A stretch of 26,235 nt of DNA from a virus. Lineage: Duplodnaviria; Caudoviricetes. The notes beneath the pieces were generated by a model. The model saw nothing but the letters and a program-made list of their open reading frames with translations, was not told the origin of the DNA and made no database searches. The stretch is taken from positions 1-26,235 of the IMG/VR virus record IMGVR_UViG_3300011334_000332, one strand, 5' to 3'. Below, in pieces: positions 25,121 to 26,235 of the stretch. The first letter of the stretch is position 1, and every line of letters starts with the position of its first letter. A program made the translations under genes and the position numbers.

Positions 25121-25344
25121 TTAGCATAGACATCTCACAACTCGACTCGACTAGTTTCTGTGTTGGTGCTACTGCTCTAATACTGTCCGTGAAGTTTATA
25201 GTTACACCAATCCTTGTAAAGATAGTTGTTCCTTTCATAGCAATTCTTCGAGGAAAGTCAAGAGAAACTGTAATCAATGAGTTGGTCGAAGGCAATCAAG
25301 TTAGATTCGAAAAACTGTTGCCTCACTGGACGGTGAACCGATGA
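25117..25344 (+). CDS. Small membrane protein
   Basis: Hydrophobic N-terminal half; ATGA coupling; AT-rich. Confidence 0.6.
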   Translation: MISIDISQLDSTSFCVGATALILSVKFIVTPILVKIVVPFIAILRGKSRETVINELVEGNQVRFEKLLPHWTVNR

Positions 25345-25592
25345 TATTCATATTGATTACTGGCATTCTATTTCTTGCACTCTTGATCGGTGGAATCAAT
25401 TTCAACTTACATATACTTTCAAGGCAGATTGATGGACTAACGATAGACATCATGAAAATCAAAGAAGATGTCGAAGAGATAAAGAAAGCCACAGGCGACA
25501 ATGCTTTTGAGGCTATGTTAGATAAGCCCATGCCAACCAAGTATATGTGTACAGAGGATTTGTACAAATTTCATGGAGGGCAAGTGAGATGA
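25341..25592 (+). CDS. Small membrane protein with coiled coil
   Basis: MIFILITGILFLALLIGGI followed by heptads; AT-rich. Confidence 0.65.
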   Translation: MIFILITGILFLALLIGGINFNLHILSRQIDGLTIDIMKIKEDVEEIKKATGDNAFEAMLDKPMPTKYMCTEDLYKFHGGQVR

Positions 25593-25795
25593 TACTTTTT
25601 GCACTCGGTGTCCTGCTTGGTGCTGGATGCTTGGCGGTATATAACGAGATGCACACACGTTGGCTATACGCTGATGTGAAGCGCAGAGCGAAACAACAAG
25701 GCATCACAGACAATGAAATGCGGGATGCTCTTGTATGGGCAACCAAGGAAGAAATCGAGGCTAACCTAAATGCCAGCACGCCCCGGAGCAGGTAG
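25589..25795 (+). CDS. Small membrane-anchored protein
   Basis: MILFALGVLLGAGCLAVY; SD GGAGG; ATGA coupling. Confidence 0.65.
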   Translation: MILFALGVLLGAGCLAVYNEMHTRWLYADVKRRAKQQGITDNEMRDALVWATKEEIEANLNASTPRSR

Positions 25796-26141
25796 ACCTA
25801 CAAAGTACTCACCAGAAGTGGTGAAGCGAATCACAGACGCTCTGCGAGGTGGTAACACCCGCAGGGCGGCTTGTGCTGCTGGTGGTATTGACCAGACAAC
25901 ATTTGGAACATGGCTCAAAGAAAACTCTGATTTCTCACATGAAGTAGAAAAAGCGGAAGGTGAAGCCGAACTGCGGAACCTTGCCGTTATCCAAGATGCT
26001 ACAAAAACTACATGGCAAGCGGCGGCATGGTGGCTTGAACGGAAGCACAAAGCCGAGTGGTCAAGCAGGGTAGAGCAGACAGGGGCTGATGGTAGCCCGG
26101 TAAAGGTAATCGTGGAGTACGCAGATAAACCGAATGCCTGA
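25770..26141 (+). CDS. terS: Terminase small subunit
   Basis: GRPTKYSPE, HTH (RRAACAAGGIDQTTFGTW), WQAAAWWLERK, VEQTGADGSPV; directly before a terL-like start. Confidence 0.8.
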   Translation: MPARPGAGRPTKYSPEVVKRITDALRGGNTRRAACAAGGIDQTTFGTWLKENSDFSHEVEKAEGEAELRNLAVIQDATKTTWQAAAWWLERKHKAEWSSRVEQTGADGSPVKVIVEYADKPNA

Positions 26142-26229
26142 TATACGATTGGTCTTACCTCGACCACATGAAGCACAGCAGGTGATAATGGCACAGGCAA
26201 GGCGATTCAACGTCCTTGCCTGTGGCTGA
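26134..26229 (+). CDS. terL: Terminase large subunit, N-terminal fragment ending in an in-frame TGA
   Basis: MPDIRLVLPRPHEAQQVIMAQARRFNVLACG*: P-H-x-x-Q motif and the RFxVLxCG strand that normally leads into Walker A (GRRxGKT). Confidence 0.75.
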   Translation: MPDIRLVLPRPHEAQQVIMAQARRFNVLACG

Positions 26230-26235
26230 GTAGGT

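Noticed and set aside
26227-26229. Genome-wide TGA reassignment as the explanation for the terL stop
   Set aside because: Many genes end in TGA with ATGA/GTGA/TTGA coupling to the next gene, and long ORFs are intact under the standard code.

Overview
The window is most of a small tailed-phage genome with an HK97-type head and a lambda/SPP1-like non-contractile tail. It starts inside the prohead protease and ends at the start of the large terminase, so portal and most of terL lie outside it. Gene order: protease, major capsid, head-tail connector, head closure, two holin-like genes, a beta-helix fibre module, neck, tail terminator, tail tube, tail chaperone with a -1 frameshift, tape measure, two large tail proteins, CHAP endolysin; a leftward operon (HTH, Gam-like, ERF); a divergent promoter pair; then a rightward arm (XRE HTH, phage-encoded sigma70-family factor, VRR-NUC, PAPS-reductase-like, AEP primase, PriCT-AAA helicase, origin-like repeats, SSB-like, DUF3310-like, small genes) and terS/terL. 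No integrase, tRNA or CRISPR array was seen. Most notable: (i) four divergent Tad2/DUF2829-like domains, three in tandem and one fused to a probable HTH; (ii) a candidate ~70 nt antisense sRNA whose loops are complementary to the GGAGA(TAA) ribosome-binding sites of the early genes; (iii) two structured leaders before replication genes; (iv) a sigma factor with altered recognition residues; (v) a stop codon at the terL Walker A position. All family calls are from motif recognition by eye; no searches were run.
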